Origin: Escherichia coli phage NG_S8
Sequence record: LC788711.1
Direction: 5' to 3' (one strand)
Length of the DNA: 64,000 bases
Of this stretch, positions 46,066 to 54,856 are shown in pieces; the first letter of the stretch is position 1, and each line of letters starts with the position of its first letter. The translations under genes were made by a program, and so were the position numbers. The notes under the pieces are model-generated. The model was given only the letters and a program-made list of their open reading frames with translations. It was not told the DNA's origin and ran no database searches.

Positions 46066-46228
46066 TTTAGAAAATATGCTTATGGAGCAGTGGAATGCTG
46101 GGTATAATGCTGGAGTAGCTACCTGTATTGCTGGTTTGGATATGCTTATTAAGCAAGAGAAGGTTCGCCCAGAAGAAGCAATTCTGCTCCAAAATATCAT
46201 CGAAGGATTCAAGCAAGGAATCATATAA
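46034..46228 (+). CDS. hypothetical protein (64 aa; start moved to ATG 46034)
   Basis: in frame with track ORF 45950-46228. Confidence 0.4.
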   Translation: MDFLNQNLKSNLENMLMEQWNAGYNAGVATCIAGLDMLIKQEKVRPEEAILLQNIIEGFKQGII

Positions 46229-47079
46229 TGCGTAGACTAATCGTTGTTAGTGGTGCAGGTTTGAGTGTAGATAGTGGTGTTCGTGCTTTCCGTACTGATA
46301 CTGCTAGTGGGAAATCCTTGTGGGATGAGTACGATCTAGAGGAAGTATGTAGCTTGCCTAACTTTGAAGCTGGCTTCCGTCGCTTCTGTGGTGAAGATGA
46401 TCCTAACTACTTCAGTGCTCGTTTCCCTGGCATTGATAAAGATGGTAACGATCTGTATCTCAAGACTCATGAGTTCTACAACATGCGTCGTCAGGAATTA
46501 CAGACTGTTGAGCCTAACATTGCCCATCTGCGAATTGCAGAATGGTTCCAGCGTTATGGTGCGGATAGCGTGAAGAACTTCACTACTAACGTTGATGACC
46601 TTCTGGAACGTGCTGGTATCCCTCGTGATGAAATCATTCACGCTCACGGGTACTTGAAAGAGGTGATCTATCGTCAGGGTCGCAACCAAATCATCGAAGA
46701 TGTTGGGTATACTGCGATTGCCCCTGAGGATTACGAATGGGTAAAACCAAACGTAACATTCTTTGGTGAGACGGCTCCGTGGTATATGGGTCAGATTAAC
46801 CTGTTTGATACACTTACTAGCAATGATATGGTTATTGTAGTAGGTTGTAGCAACCAAGTAATCGACTTCAACTGGGAGCTATTTCCTGCTGTATGTCGTG
46901 GAACTAAGATGATGGTTGTTAACCCACAAGTTCGTTATGACGAACAGCTTGAGTATGAGAAACGTGGTGTTACTGTATGGCGTGCTGGAGCTGCCGAAGT
47001 TTTTGGTAATAAACACTTTATTGATCAAGTTGAAGCTTTTATGGAGGGAAATATTTATGTCCCAGAAAAGCATGTGTGA
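46228..47079 (+). CDS. Sir2-family NAD-dependent protein (283 aa)
   Basis: N-terminal GAGLSVDSGVRAFR matches the Sir2 NAD-binding signature. Confidence 0.7.
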   Translation: MRRLIVVSGAGLSVDSGVRAFRTDTASGKSLWDEYDLEEVCSLPNFEAGFRRFCGEDDPNYFSARFPGIDKDGNDLYLKTHEFYNMRRQELQTVEPNIAHLRIAEWFQRYGADSVKNFTTNVDDLLERAGIPRDEIIHAHGYLKEVIYRQGRNQIIEDVGYTAIAPEDYEWVKPNVTFFGETAPWYMGQINLFDTLTSNDMVIVVGCSNQVIDFNWELFPAVCRGTKMMVVNPQVRYDEQLEYEKRGVTVWRAGAAEVFGNKHFIDQVEAFMEGNIYVPEKHV

Positions 47080-47239
47080 TCTTTTAGTATGGCCAGACGG
47101 TAGTTGGTGCTACCGTTTCGAATTTGCTACTGATGACTTCTCATGGAAGAGTGATGATTTCTGCGTTATCTATGAGGATACAGCAGAATGGAAAGAGTTC
47201 CTTATTAAGGAGGGAGAATATGGTGAAGAAGATTTTTAA
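47072..47239 (+). CDS. small acidic protein (55 aa)
   Basis: ATG overlaps Sir2 stop. Confidence 0.35.
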   Translation: MCDLLVWPDGSWCYRFEFATDDFSWKSDDFCVIYEDTAEWKEFLIKEGEYGEEDF

Positions 47240-47405
47240 GGGTATCTGGAAAGGTCTAGTATGGTTTGTCAACCTAATCGGTATGATTACCATTTATTCT
47301 CTGTTCCTATCTGTTATGTGGGGTAAAGGTGAATTGAAGGTTCCAGTTCCTTTTACTGATGAAGTTAAAGTCTGGACGTGGGATGCTACTGGTGGAAATA
47401 AGTAA
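47220..47405 (+). CDS. small membrane protein (61 aa)
   Basis: AAGGAGGG RBS; hydrophobic helix. Confidence 0.4.
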   Translation: MVKKIFKGIWKGLVWFVNLIGMITIYSLFLSVMWGKGELKVPVPFTDEVKVWTWDATGGNK

Positions 47406-47899
47406 TACTCCTGTGATTTTCCTGGATATTGATGGGGTGCTCAATTCGAGCATCTCTCACCATCATGCTCCAGATAGTGAGAAGCTATTCTTTGGGGGTG
47501 ATTGGGTTTACAAGCCATTACTCCAGGCTTTTCAGAACTTTCTTGAGCCATCCCCAATAATGATTGTTGGGGTATCTTCATGGTTTTCTGTACGAAATGA
47601 AATGGAGAACGTTCAGATTATGACCGGACTCGGTTTGATCGATCGTTTTCTTGGTACAACAGATTTTACTGGAGGTGGTTTATCTCGGGGGTAATTCTGT
47701 TTTACGTTTTGTCGAAAAATATAAGCTCAAGCATTGGTGTGTCCTAGATGATGCTGGTGCTATGATGTATCAATTTCCTACTGTTATTGTAAACGGCAGG
47801 ACTGGAATAAACCTTCAAGATTTAAACGCTATCAGCTATATGCTGGAGTTTAGTCCAGATCTTGAAATGTGTAAGGCTCTTCAGAAACTTAAGGTATAA
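47383..47899 (+). pseudogene. HAD-superfamily phosphatase-like gene interrupted by a +1 frameshift at a G5 run
   Basis: N-part carries VIFLDIDGVLN; C-part in +1 frame carries HWCVLDDAG; frames meet at ggggg 47687-47691. Confidence 0.5.
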
Positions 47900-47901
47900 G
47901 C

Positions 47902-48330
47902 ATGTTCAATAATATTTTCATGAAAGAGGTAAATCCTATGCTTCTCAACTTCTGGCGCTCTCTCCCTAATGGTATGTATAATGAAACCATCAATCTCCTT
48001 AAGATTTGGTGTGAGAATAACGATATCTTCCTGTCTTTTAAAGGCCCGCTAGAGGAAGCTCCGTGTATTGGAGTTAGTGTGGATTTAGGCGAGGGAGTAG
48101 AAGAGATTGTAGACTGGAAAGAACTTGATGAAATGGGTCTGGTTTTTGCCTTGAACCATAAGCTGTTTATGCCTGCAAATCACCGTCTTATTGTAAATTA
48201 TCGCACTGGTGAAGCTCCTGCTTTCCAGGTAAATGAACGTGAGGGCTGGTCATACTCGCCCGGGGAAGTAAATGAGGGGATTCAGAAACTTCGTCGTTTC
48301 GGGTATATGATCCCAGGTTTAACTGCTTAA
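47902..48330 (+). CDS. hypothetical protein, paralog A (142 aa)
   Basis: shares DW.EL..MGL..ALN...F.P and PGL pattern with next ORF. Confidence 0.5.
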   Translation: MFNNIFMKEVNPMLLNFWRSLPNGMYNETINLLKIWCENNDIFLSFKGPLEEAPCIGVSVDLGEGVEEIVDWKELDEMGLVFALNHKLFMPANHRLIVNYRTGEAPAFQVNEREGWSYSPGEVNEGIQKLRRFGYMIPGLTA

Positions 48331-48339
48331 GGAGGCAGA

Positions 48340-48735
48340 ATGGAACAAGTATTTTGGCGTCAGATAGATCCTAGTTTGGTAGAGCGTGCTGAGGGGCTCC
48401 TTGCACGTTGGTTGGGGGTTGACAAGGTTAGTGTAACATTTCCGTTTACTTCTGTAACAGACCCTAGTGTAGGAGTCTTTGTGGATGAAGATGAAGATGA
48501 TGGTTGGGAAGCTGACTGGAATGAATTGTCCAGCATGGGCTTGATTGTTGCCCTCAACTTCTCTATATTCCATCCACGTGGCTTAGCCATTACACGTGAC
48601 CCCGAAACTGGTGAATCCCCTTATCTTTTGCAAGTAGAAGATGATATTTGGGAGTACACCGAAGATATTCTCGAAGAAGCTAAAGGTCACTTAAATCGCA
48701 TTGGGATCTATGTCCCAGGCCTAAATGATGATTGA
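48340..48735 (+). CDS. hypothetical protein, paralog B (131 aa)
   Basis: tandem paralog of 47902-48330. Confidence 0.5.
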   Translation: MEQVFWRQIDPSLVERAEGLLARWLGVDKVSVTFPFTSVTDPSVGVFVDEDEDDGWEADWNELSSMGLIVALNFSIFHPRGLAITRDPETGESPYLLQVEDDIWEYTEDILEEAKGHLNRIGIYVPGLNDD

Positions 48736-48826
48736 TTTTCATTAGCCCAATCCTGATTACCGAGTCATTTTGGCTCGGTTTTCTCTGTGCTCAAAGACAC
48801 TGATAGCACCTTCGGAAAAATTTTAC

Positions 48827-48855
48827 TTGCAGGATGCTCAAAATCTTGATATAAT
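48827..48855 (+). promoter_or_regulatory. T5-type early promoter with long leader
   Basis: TTGCAG 48827-48832, TATAAT 48850-48855; no start codon for about 500 nt. Confidence 0.55.
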
Positions 48856-49351
48856 ATTTATATTGAATTGAGAGACATTAGTAAAAATTGATTTTGCTAA
48901 TTTTTCTTGTTTACAATCCGCAATACGGAACAGTTAGGCTGCCCCATTAAGGGTTGTTTTAACTATTACTAGTGTTTATACTGCATTAGTTAATTATCAA
49001 TTAAGTGATCTGCGTACCCTGAATTCGGAAAGGTAAATCCAAACCGTGCATATTTAGCTCGTTATATAGGCAGAGCTTTATATGGGGGTGCGAACGAAAA
49101 GAGCAGCGAATGGTGACACGTCCAGTAGCCACCTACCAATAGGATAGTGAGGGCAATCAGAATCGGCTTAGCGGCCAATGACCTAGGTTCTGATCTGGAT
49201 AAGAGTTAAGAGAGCGCAGCACTGAGGTATGATAACTTATTCATACTGCTTGATGGTGATTAATGTTTGTGTAAATGGTAGTAATAGTTGTTCTATTCTT
49301 TTGAATAGTCCTAAAGAAAGATATCCGAATAACCAACATAGGAGTATTGTT

Positions 49352-52141
49352 GTGTTCTCAATCCTACAAGGTCACGCAGGATTTTCCAGAGATAAAGCCA
49401 CTGGCATCTGGAAAGAGATCAAAGTGGAAGATTACACCTTTGCAAAGCGATTCTCTAAAGAGCATCCAGAAGGTAAACCAGCTTCCATGCCCTTCAAATT
49501 TGATGTACTTGAAGAACTTGACCCGCAAAACCTTGCTGAAATGTTACCTATCATGCGTCGTCTTACCAAAGACCCGCATATTGTAGCTATTCGGGGTAAG
49601 TGTCTAGCTCCAAAAGATAATGTGCGTCGTACCAGAGGAAACTTTAACGTATCCAATCCTAGTCATATTATTGCTATGGACGTGGATGGTATTGTAGATA
49701 CTGGTGGCTATGACAAGTTTAATCTTGTTGGCATGGCACGTCATATTATTAAGATGTTGAATAGTATTAGTGAGGATATGTTTCCTCTTGATGCAGGGTT
49801 TATTGCCCATGCATCGTCTTCGGCTGGATTAAAACCAGGTATCCGAATGCACTTAATGCTAGAATCTAATGTCAAGGTAACGCAGGGACAGTTAAAGTTC
49901 TTATTTACATCTATCAATGATAGTAGTAAGCAAAAGTACGGCTTTGATATTGCTGACTTAGCTTATTATTCTTCTGTTCAGCTTCACTATTTCGCAGATC
50001 CCTTATTTGATGATGGTATAGTCGATCCGTTTAAAGCGGAGAATAAACCACGTCTTGTGTATGTTAAGGGTTCGAAGGTGAATCTACCTAATAACCTAGT
50101 TGACTTTGAAACAACTAGAGGTGAGTTTAAAGAAGAATTCTACTCCTTACTTGACCAAATTAAAGGCAAGAAGGCTGCATCTGATAAAGTGGAAGAAACC
50201 ATCAGCGAACTAGAAGAAGCTGAGGATGGGGTGTACCTGCGTATTATTCCAAAACTTTACCACAGAGCGTTAGAAGATGGTGTTGACTTTACATGGTTAG
50301 AACGTGAGATTAAACCAGCTTTATCTGAATATATTGCAACTAAAGATAATAGTCGTAATATTCAAGATTACTTTAATAACGGTCGTAAGCAGGCTCTCAA
50401 AGCCTTTGTAAATAACTCCAAACGTGAGATTCCACCAAACTTAAAAGGTGTACCATTAAAACGTCTAGACACAGATTCTCCACCAGAAGTTCCATACCTG
50501 AAAATTAACATTGTACCACCAAAAGGACATTTAACATTTGTTAAGGCAAGTCTTGGTACGGGTAAAACTACAGCAGTAACTAAGTGGCTAGATGCAGGTG
50601 TTCTTCCAGGAAACTTTATTGCAATCACAAATACTAGGGCACTTGTATCTTCTAACGCGAAGAAATTCGGTGCTGGTCAGTATGATAAGTCAGTTGATAT
50701 GCTGAACTTCAAACGTGGTGCCATTGATCGTATGTCTTCAACTATTCACTCTATCCATAAGTTCAAGAGCTTTGTGGGTCAGATTGATACGATCTTTATT
50801 GATGAATGTGACGCAGTAATGAATGATCTGTTATTCGCTCCGGTTGTTAAAAACCGTCGTGAATGTATTCAGGTTCTTCGTGATATCCTTATTACTGCTA
50901 AAACTGTTATCTTATCCGATGGTGATATCAGTGCAGAAACGATTGAAGCCTATGGTTCTTTGATTGATTTTGATAAACCAGTCGCATTTTATAATCACCA
51001 CCGTAAAATGCTGGCGAAAGCTCATGCTTATGAATTCCCTGATGAATCCAGTATTTGGGTTGCACTTCAAACATCTTTAGAGATGGGGGAGAAATCAATC
51101 CTAGTATCTGACTGTGGCCCGGATGAACTGAATGAGAAGGGAATGGCATTACGTCGTAATACTGGTGCGTTAGTTAAAGAAATTCACTCAAACTCTACGT
51201 CTGATGTAGATATCCGACGTATTCTGGATTATACAACTAATGAGCTAATTGATCAACAGATTGATTGTTTATTATGTAGTCCATCTGTAACGAGTGGTGT
51301 TGACTTTAACTATTTTGATAACGTATTCGTAATCACTAGAACCTCAAACCAAGCGCCAAACATGCGTTTTCAAGCAATCAGGCGCGACCGTGGTGCTCAG
51401 AACATTTATTATTTTATTGATAAATCTACGAGTGGATTTTCTGCGGGTTCCGAGCAATATAATATTGACGAAGGTTGGATTGAGTTAGCCCAACAACTGT
51501 ACGCACGTCGTCGTGAGCTGGAATCTAGAAACTATACTAGTACTTTGCGTTATTATCTGCTTGATCAGGGTGCAACTATCGATATTTTCAGCGAAAGCTG
51601 GGGAACTATCGAAGGTGCAGGCAAAGAGTATACAGAAGAGCGAATCAAAGCTATTTTGCACTCAACTCCTGAATATTGTGCACCACGTCATGCAGATGCC
51701 TATGAAGCCAAGTTACTTCTGGTTCGCTATTATCATCTGGATTCTATTAAAGATGTAACAGTGGAACACGTTGAACAGTATATCAAGGATAAACCAAACG
51801 ATAGAGCTGCATTCTTCCATAAGATGCACGACATGTTCTGGGAAGATATTAAAAAGTGTTCAAACGTAACAATCAAACCGTTTATCGAAGCTCTTAAGAA
51901 TAAGAAGAAGGATTTCTTCCTTAAGACAGGTCAGAGCGCTAACCCAAAATATGCTCGTATGTATCTTGGCATGATGGGTATCGGTAAAGATCTGGATACG
52001 GAAAAGATTGTGGACTGGTACAGAACTTACTGTAAGATCGAATGTATGCCGATTCCAGTTAAGTTTATGACAGATGAAGAACGTCAGATGCATGAGGAAG
52101 CTCTTGCTGAATTGGGGGCTAGAAATGACAGCGAAGAATAA
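49352..52141 (+). CDS. SF2 helicase-like replication origin-binding-type protein (about 929 aa, GTG start)
   Basis: Walker A SLGTGKTT, Walker B IFIDECDAV; AGGAG RBS before GTG 49352; track ORF extends to 49229. Confidence 0.7.
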   Translation: MFSILQGHAGFSRDKATGIWKEIKVEDYTFAKRFSKEHPEGKPASMPFKFDVLEELDPQNLAEMLPIMRRLTKDPHIVAIRGKCLAPKDNVRRTRGNFNVSNPSHIIAMDVDGIVDTGGYDKFNLVGMARHIIKMLNSISEDMFPLDAGFIAHASSSAGLKPGIRMHLMLESNVKVTQGQLKFLFTSINDSSKQKYGFDIADLAYYSSVQLHYFADPLFDDGIVDPFKAENKPRLVYVKGSKVNLPNNLVDFETTRGEFKEEFYSLLDQIKGKKAASDKVEETISELEEAEDGVYLRIIPKLYHRALEDGVDFTWLEREIKPALSEYIATKDNSRNIQDYFNNGRKQALKAFVNNSKREIPPNLKGVPLKRLDTDSPPEVPYLKINIVPPKGHLTFVKASLGTGKTTAVTKWLDAGVLPGNFIAITNTRALVSSNAKKFGAGQYDKSVDMLNFKRGAIDRMSSTIHSIHKFKSFVGQIDTIFIDECDAVMNDLLFAPVVKNRRECIQVLRDILITAKTVILSDGDISAETIEAYGSLIDFDKPVAFYNHHRKMLAKAHAYEFPDESSIWVALQTSLEMGEKSILVSDCGPDELNEKGMALRRNTGALVKEIHSNSTSDVDIRRILDYTTNELIDQQIDCLLCSPSVTSGVDFNYFDNVFVITRTSNQAPNMRFQAIRRDRGAQNIYYFIDKSTSGFSAGSEQYNIDEGWIELAQQLYARRRELESRNYTSTLRYYLLDQGATIDIFSESWGTIEGAGKEYTEERIKAILHSTPEYCAPRHADAYEAKLLLVRYYHLDSIKDVTVEHVEQYIKDKPNDRAAFFHKMHDMFWEDIKKCSNVTIKPFIEALKNKKKDFFLKTGQSANPKYARMYLGMMGIGKDLDTEKIVDWYRTYCKIECMPIPVKFMTDEERQMHEEALAELGARNDSEE

Positions 52142-52358
52142 AAAGTGGGAAACAAGGAAGTTTTCCGTAAAAGAACGGAAAACTTCTGTTTACGATACTG
52201 CGGAGAAACTATGTAGGGTTGTACCACCTCGTCTCGCTGGCATCCCTAACGTCTCCATATGGTTACTTAAACAACGGAAGACTCGTGTGTCTCTTCGCAT
52301 TGGCTTTGAGTTAGATAAAGTCTATGCTGAACTTGCTTCTTTGCTCAAAGAATCGTAA
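52125..52358 (+). CDS. hypothetical basic protein (77 aa)
   Basis: ATG overlaps end of upstream gene. Confidence 0.35.
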   Translation: MTAKNKKWETRKFSVKERKTSVYDTAEKLCRVVPPRLAGIPNVSIWLLKQRKTRVSLRIGFELDKVYAELASLLKES

Positions 52359-52366
52359 AAATTTAT

Positions 52367-52395
52367 TTGCTTTTAGGAAAATTTTTCTGTATAAT
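52367..52395 (+). promoter_or_regulatory. PN25-like strong early promoter
   Basis: TTGCTT 52367-52372, TATAAT 52390-52395; sequence nearly identical to the T5 PN25 promoter as recalled. Confidence 0.8.
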
Positions 52396-52426
52396 AGATT
52401 CATAAATTTGAGAGAGGAGTTTAAAT

Positions 52427-53131
52427 ATGGCTGGTTCTCGTAGAAAGAAACTTATCCATGAAATCCCTGATGAAACCTTTAAAAAGGTTATTGAACATCT
52501 GGAGAATGGTGGTACTAAGAAAGCAGCATGTGAAATGCTCGGTGTTTCTTCTAACCCAACTATGGAACGAATGATCGAAGAATGGAGAGATCGTCAGGTT
52601 CAAGTTGCGGAAATGAAAAAGAAGAAGCGTGGAACACTGATTGAGGGTGTTGAGCTTGCAAACGTAATTGAACAGTATCTTTCTGGTGATTCTTTTGAAG
52701 AAATTGCTGATCGTAACTATCGTTCTGTAGCGATGATTAAATCTGTTCTGGAACGTTATGGTGCTCTGCTTCGTTTAAACGATATTGTTGATCCATTGAA
52801 TCCTCCGTTGATTCCTGATGATGCAATGGCAGAAGAATTTGAAGTTGGTGAACTTGTTTGGGTTCCTGGCTATCAGTGTATTGGTGAAATCAAGAAAGCA
52901 ATGACTAACCCAGTTGGCTGCTACCGTGTTTGGTTGTTATCAGAAGGTAAACAACAGAACGTTCACTATATGCACTACGAATTAGCTTCTGTTAAACATC
53001 TGGAAAAGCTGGGTGTTGATGTTAAGGCTCTGGGCTTTAAGTGGAGTCGTGAAGAAGTTATCACGTTGGTTAATGAAGCTGTTAAAGCTGCCCTGAAACT
53101 AGATAAAGAGAAAGGAAAACGTCGTGAGTAA
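52427..53131 (+). CDS. HTH-containing protein, possible regulator (234 aa)
   Basis: N-terminal helix-turn-helix-like GTKKAACEMLGVSSNPTMERMI. Confidence 0.55.
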   Translation: MAGSRRKKLIHEIPDETFKKVIEHLENGGTKKAACEMLGVSSNPTMERMIEEWRDRQVQVAEMKKKKRGTLIEGVELANVIEQYLSGDSFEEIADRNYRSVAMIKSVLERYGALLRLNDIVDPLNPPLIPDDAMAEEFEVGELVWVPGYQCIGEIKKAMTNPVGCYRVWLLSEGKQQNVHYMHYELASVKHLEKLGVDVKALGFKWSREEVITLVNEAVKAALKLDKEKGKRRE

Positions 53132-53360
53132 ACTAACTGATCTGTTAAAAGCTGGAGACGTAAAATATCTCCAGCGAACTAGTTGGGAAAATAATAAAGA
53201 TTACACAGTAATCCTGAAATTCTTTGTAGATAGCAATACCGTACGCCAGTACGTGTGGATGCCTTTTGATACATCATTATTCCCAAGTGATGAAGTGTGT
53301 GAACTAACCCTAGAAGAAGCCCTGGCCGACGATTGGGAGATCGTTGAACTAGATGTGTAG
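53124..53360 (+). CDS. hypothetical protein (78 aa)
   Basis: ORF track; overlaps upstream stop. Confidence 0.5.
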   Translation: MSKLTDLLKAGDVKYLQRTSWENNKDYTVILKFFVDSNTVRQYVWMPFDTSLFPSDEVCELTLEEALADDWEIVELDV

Positions 53361-53380
53361 CAGTTACTGAAAAATTTCAG

Positions 53381-53409
53381 TTGCTTAATCCTGTAATTCT
53401 TGATATAAT
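53381..53409 (+). promoter_or_regulatory. T5-type early promoter
   Basis: TTGCTT 53381-53386, TATAAT 53404-53409. Confidence 0.65.
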
Positions 53410-53467
53410 ATTCTCATAGTTTGAAAGAACTATTCTGTTTAATTCTTAATTAAGGAAATCGAAAAAT

Positions 53468-53878
53468 ATGACTACTCCAACTCAGTGGACTGATGAACTG
53501 TTCGAAAAAATGTCTTCCGACTACGTTGCTCGTATGGAGCAATTCCCAGAAGATGAGCGTCCGGGCGTTAGCATGGAAATTGTTAGCGAAATTGCTCAGG
53601 AAAATGGTGTAACTCCGAACGGTTTCCGTATGAAGCTGACCAAAGCAGGTCTGTATATCAAGAAAGCTGCTGGCTCTACTTCTAAATCAAGCGCATCTAC
53701 TGGAGAAAAAGCTTCTGGTGGTTCTCGTACTTCCAAAGCTCAGGCTCACTCCGATCTTCGCTCCGCATTCTCTGATGCTGGCTTAGCCCCGGACTTCCTG
53801 GACGACGCAATCATCGACAAGCTGACCGGTAAAGCAGCTGCTCATCTGGCAGAAGCTATCCGAGCTATCACTAAGTAA
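53468..53878 (+). CDS. hypothetical protein with D5-like repeat unit (136 aa)
   Basis: segment TPNGFRMKLTKAGLYIKK resembles repeats of the 56795 protein. Confidence 0.5.
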   Translation: MTTPTQWTDELFEKMSSDYVARMEQFPEDERPGVSMEIVSEIAQENGVTPNGFRMKLTKAGLYIKKAAGSTSKSSASTGEKASGGSRTSKAQAHSDLRSAFSDAGLAPDFLDDAIIDKLTGKAAAHLAEAIRAITK

Positions 53879-53914
53879 TTCTTAGATAAATCCACCAACA
53901 CAAGGAATACAGTT

Positions 53915-54211
53915 ATGAATAAAGCTGAAATTATTGCTCAATGCGAAAAATTTGGTGAGTTTTATCTTCATTACGAAAAACTTCGTCAGAAAGGAACCAC
54001 GTACCTTCAGGGTACGATGGAATTTGATCCAGCTCAGGATAAATACCTGGCTGAGCGTATTAAACGTGAGCGCATCCGTAAGCCGAAAGAAGATGAAATC
54101 CTCGTTTTCTCTCGTACTAACGATAGCTTCCGTTTCATTCCTGTTGCGAAAGTTCGCCGTGTGACGAGCCTCCAGTCAGAGTTAGATCGTGCTTCTCCAG
54201 TAGGCCGATAA
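53915..54211 (+). CDS. hypothetical protein (98 aa)
   Basis: ORF track. Confidence 0.5.
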   Translation: MNKAEIIAQCEKFGEFYLHYEKLRQKGTTYLQGTMEFDPAQDKYLAERIKRERIRKPKEDEILVFSRTNDSFRFIPVAKVRRVTSLQSELDRASPVGR

Positions 54212-54221
54212 GAAACCAATT

Positions 54222-54243
54222 AGCCCCTATATGGGGCTTTTTG
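54222..54243 (+). terminator. intrinsic terminator
   Basis: hairpin agcccc-tatat-ggggct followed by ttttt. Confidence 0.6.
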
Positions 54244-54261
54244 TGTATTTGGGATATGTAA

Positions 54262-54570
54262 ATGAGCGATCAGGTAAATCAAAACTATGAAGGACACGTT
54301 GACGACCAGTCCATCATGCTTTGGGAGAAGGAGGGGGAACAAGTAAGACTAACCGTATCTGAATTTCGTGGGAATCTATACATGGGAATTCGTTACTGGC
54401 TCCAAGATATTACTGGAGAGTGGTTTCCAACGAAATCCGGCTTCTCTTTTCCTTATACCCTAGAAACTACATCACAGCTATTCTACGCTTTTACGCAAAT
54501 CCTCAGTGAATCCGAGGTCTTGCATGAAGTACAGAAACGAGCTGAAGAACTCAAAGCCAAGAATGCCTAG
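54262..54570 (+). CDS. hypothetical protein (102 aa)
   Basis: ORF track. Confidence 0.5.
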   Translation: MSDQVNQNYEGHVDDQSIMLWEKEGEQVRLTVSEFRGNLYMGIRYWLQDITGEWFPTKSGFSFPYTLETTSQLFYAFTQILSESEVLHEVQKRAEELKAKNA

Positions 54571-54588
54571 TTCTTGGCTTTTTCTTTA
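54555..54588 (+). terminator. intrinsic terminator
   Basis: hairpin agccaagaa/ttcttggct followed by T-run. Confidence 0.6.
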
Positions 54589-54597
54589 TAAATGTAC

Positions 54598-54626
54598 TTG
54601 CTTTCGACTCAGTTTTCATATATAAT
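54598..54626 (+). promoter_or_regulatory. T5-type early promoter
   Basis: TTGCTT 54598-54603, TATAAT 54621-54626. Confidence 0.65.
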
Positions 54627-54637
54627 ATTTATATAAA

Positions 54638-54856
54638 TTGATGAGAGGATCAATTATGGCAATGACAATAACACTTCCAAAGATTCAAGCAAAACTTAAT
54701 TTGCTCTCCATAGCAAGAATCAATTACCAGGATAGTATCGGCACTCCAAACCAGAAAGCGTACAAAGATGCGTGGTTGAAAGAAGCTGCTGATTTAGCTG
54801 GTATGGCTGCTCAGTATAATAAAGAACTCAAAATGGAAATCGCAGACGATGAATAA
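54638..54856 (+). CDS. hypothetical protein (72 aa)
   Basis: ORF track. Confidence 0.45.
   Translation: MMRGSIMAMTITLPKIQAKLNLLSIARINYQDSIGTPNQKAYKDAWLKEAADLAGMAAQYNKELKMEIADDE

Noticed and set aside
45473-46227. Expected NrdG activating enzyme next to nrdD
   Set aside because: The small ORFs after nrdD lack the CxxxCxxC radical-SAM motif; Cys-rich ORFs elsewhere (16779-17060, 17841-18140) have different spacing. No NrdG is called; the host enzyme may serve.
49229-49351. N-terminal extension of the large helicase ORF to ATG 49229
   Set aside because: No ribosome-binding site before 49229 and an odd Cys/Asn/Ser-rich translation; a GTG at 49352 with an AGGAG site 7 nt upstream is the likelier start.
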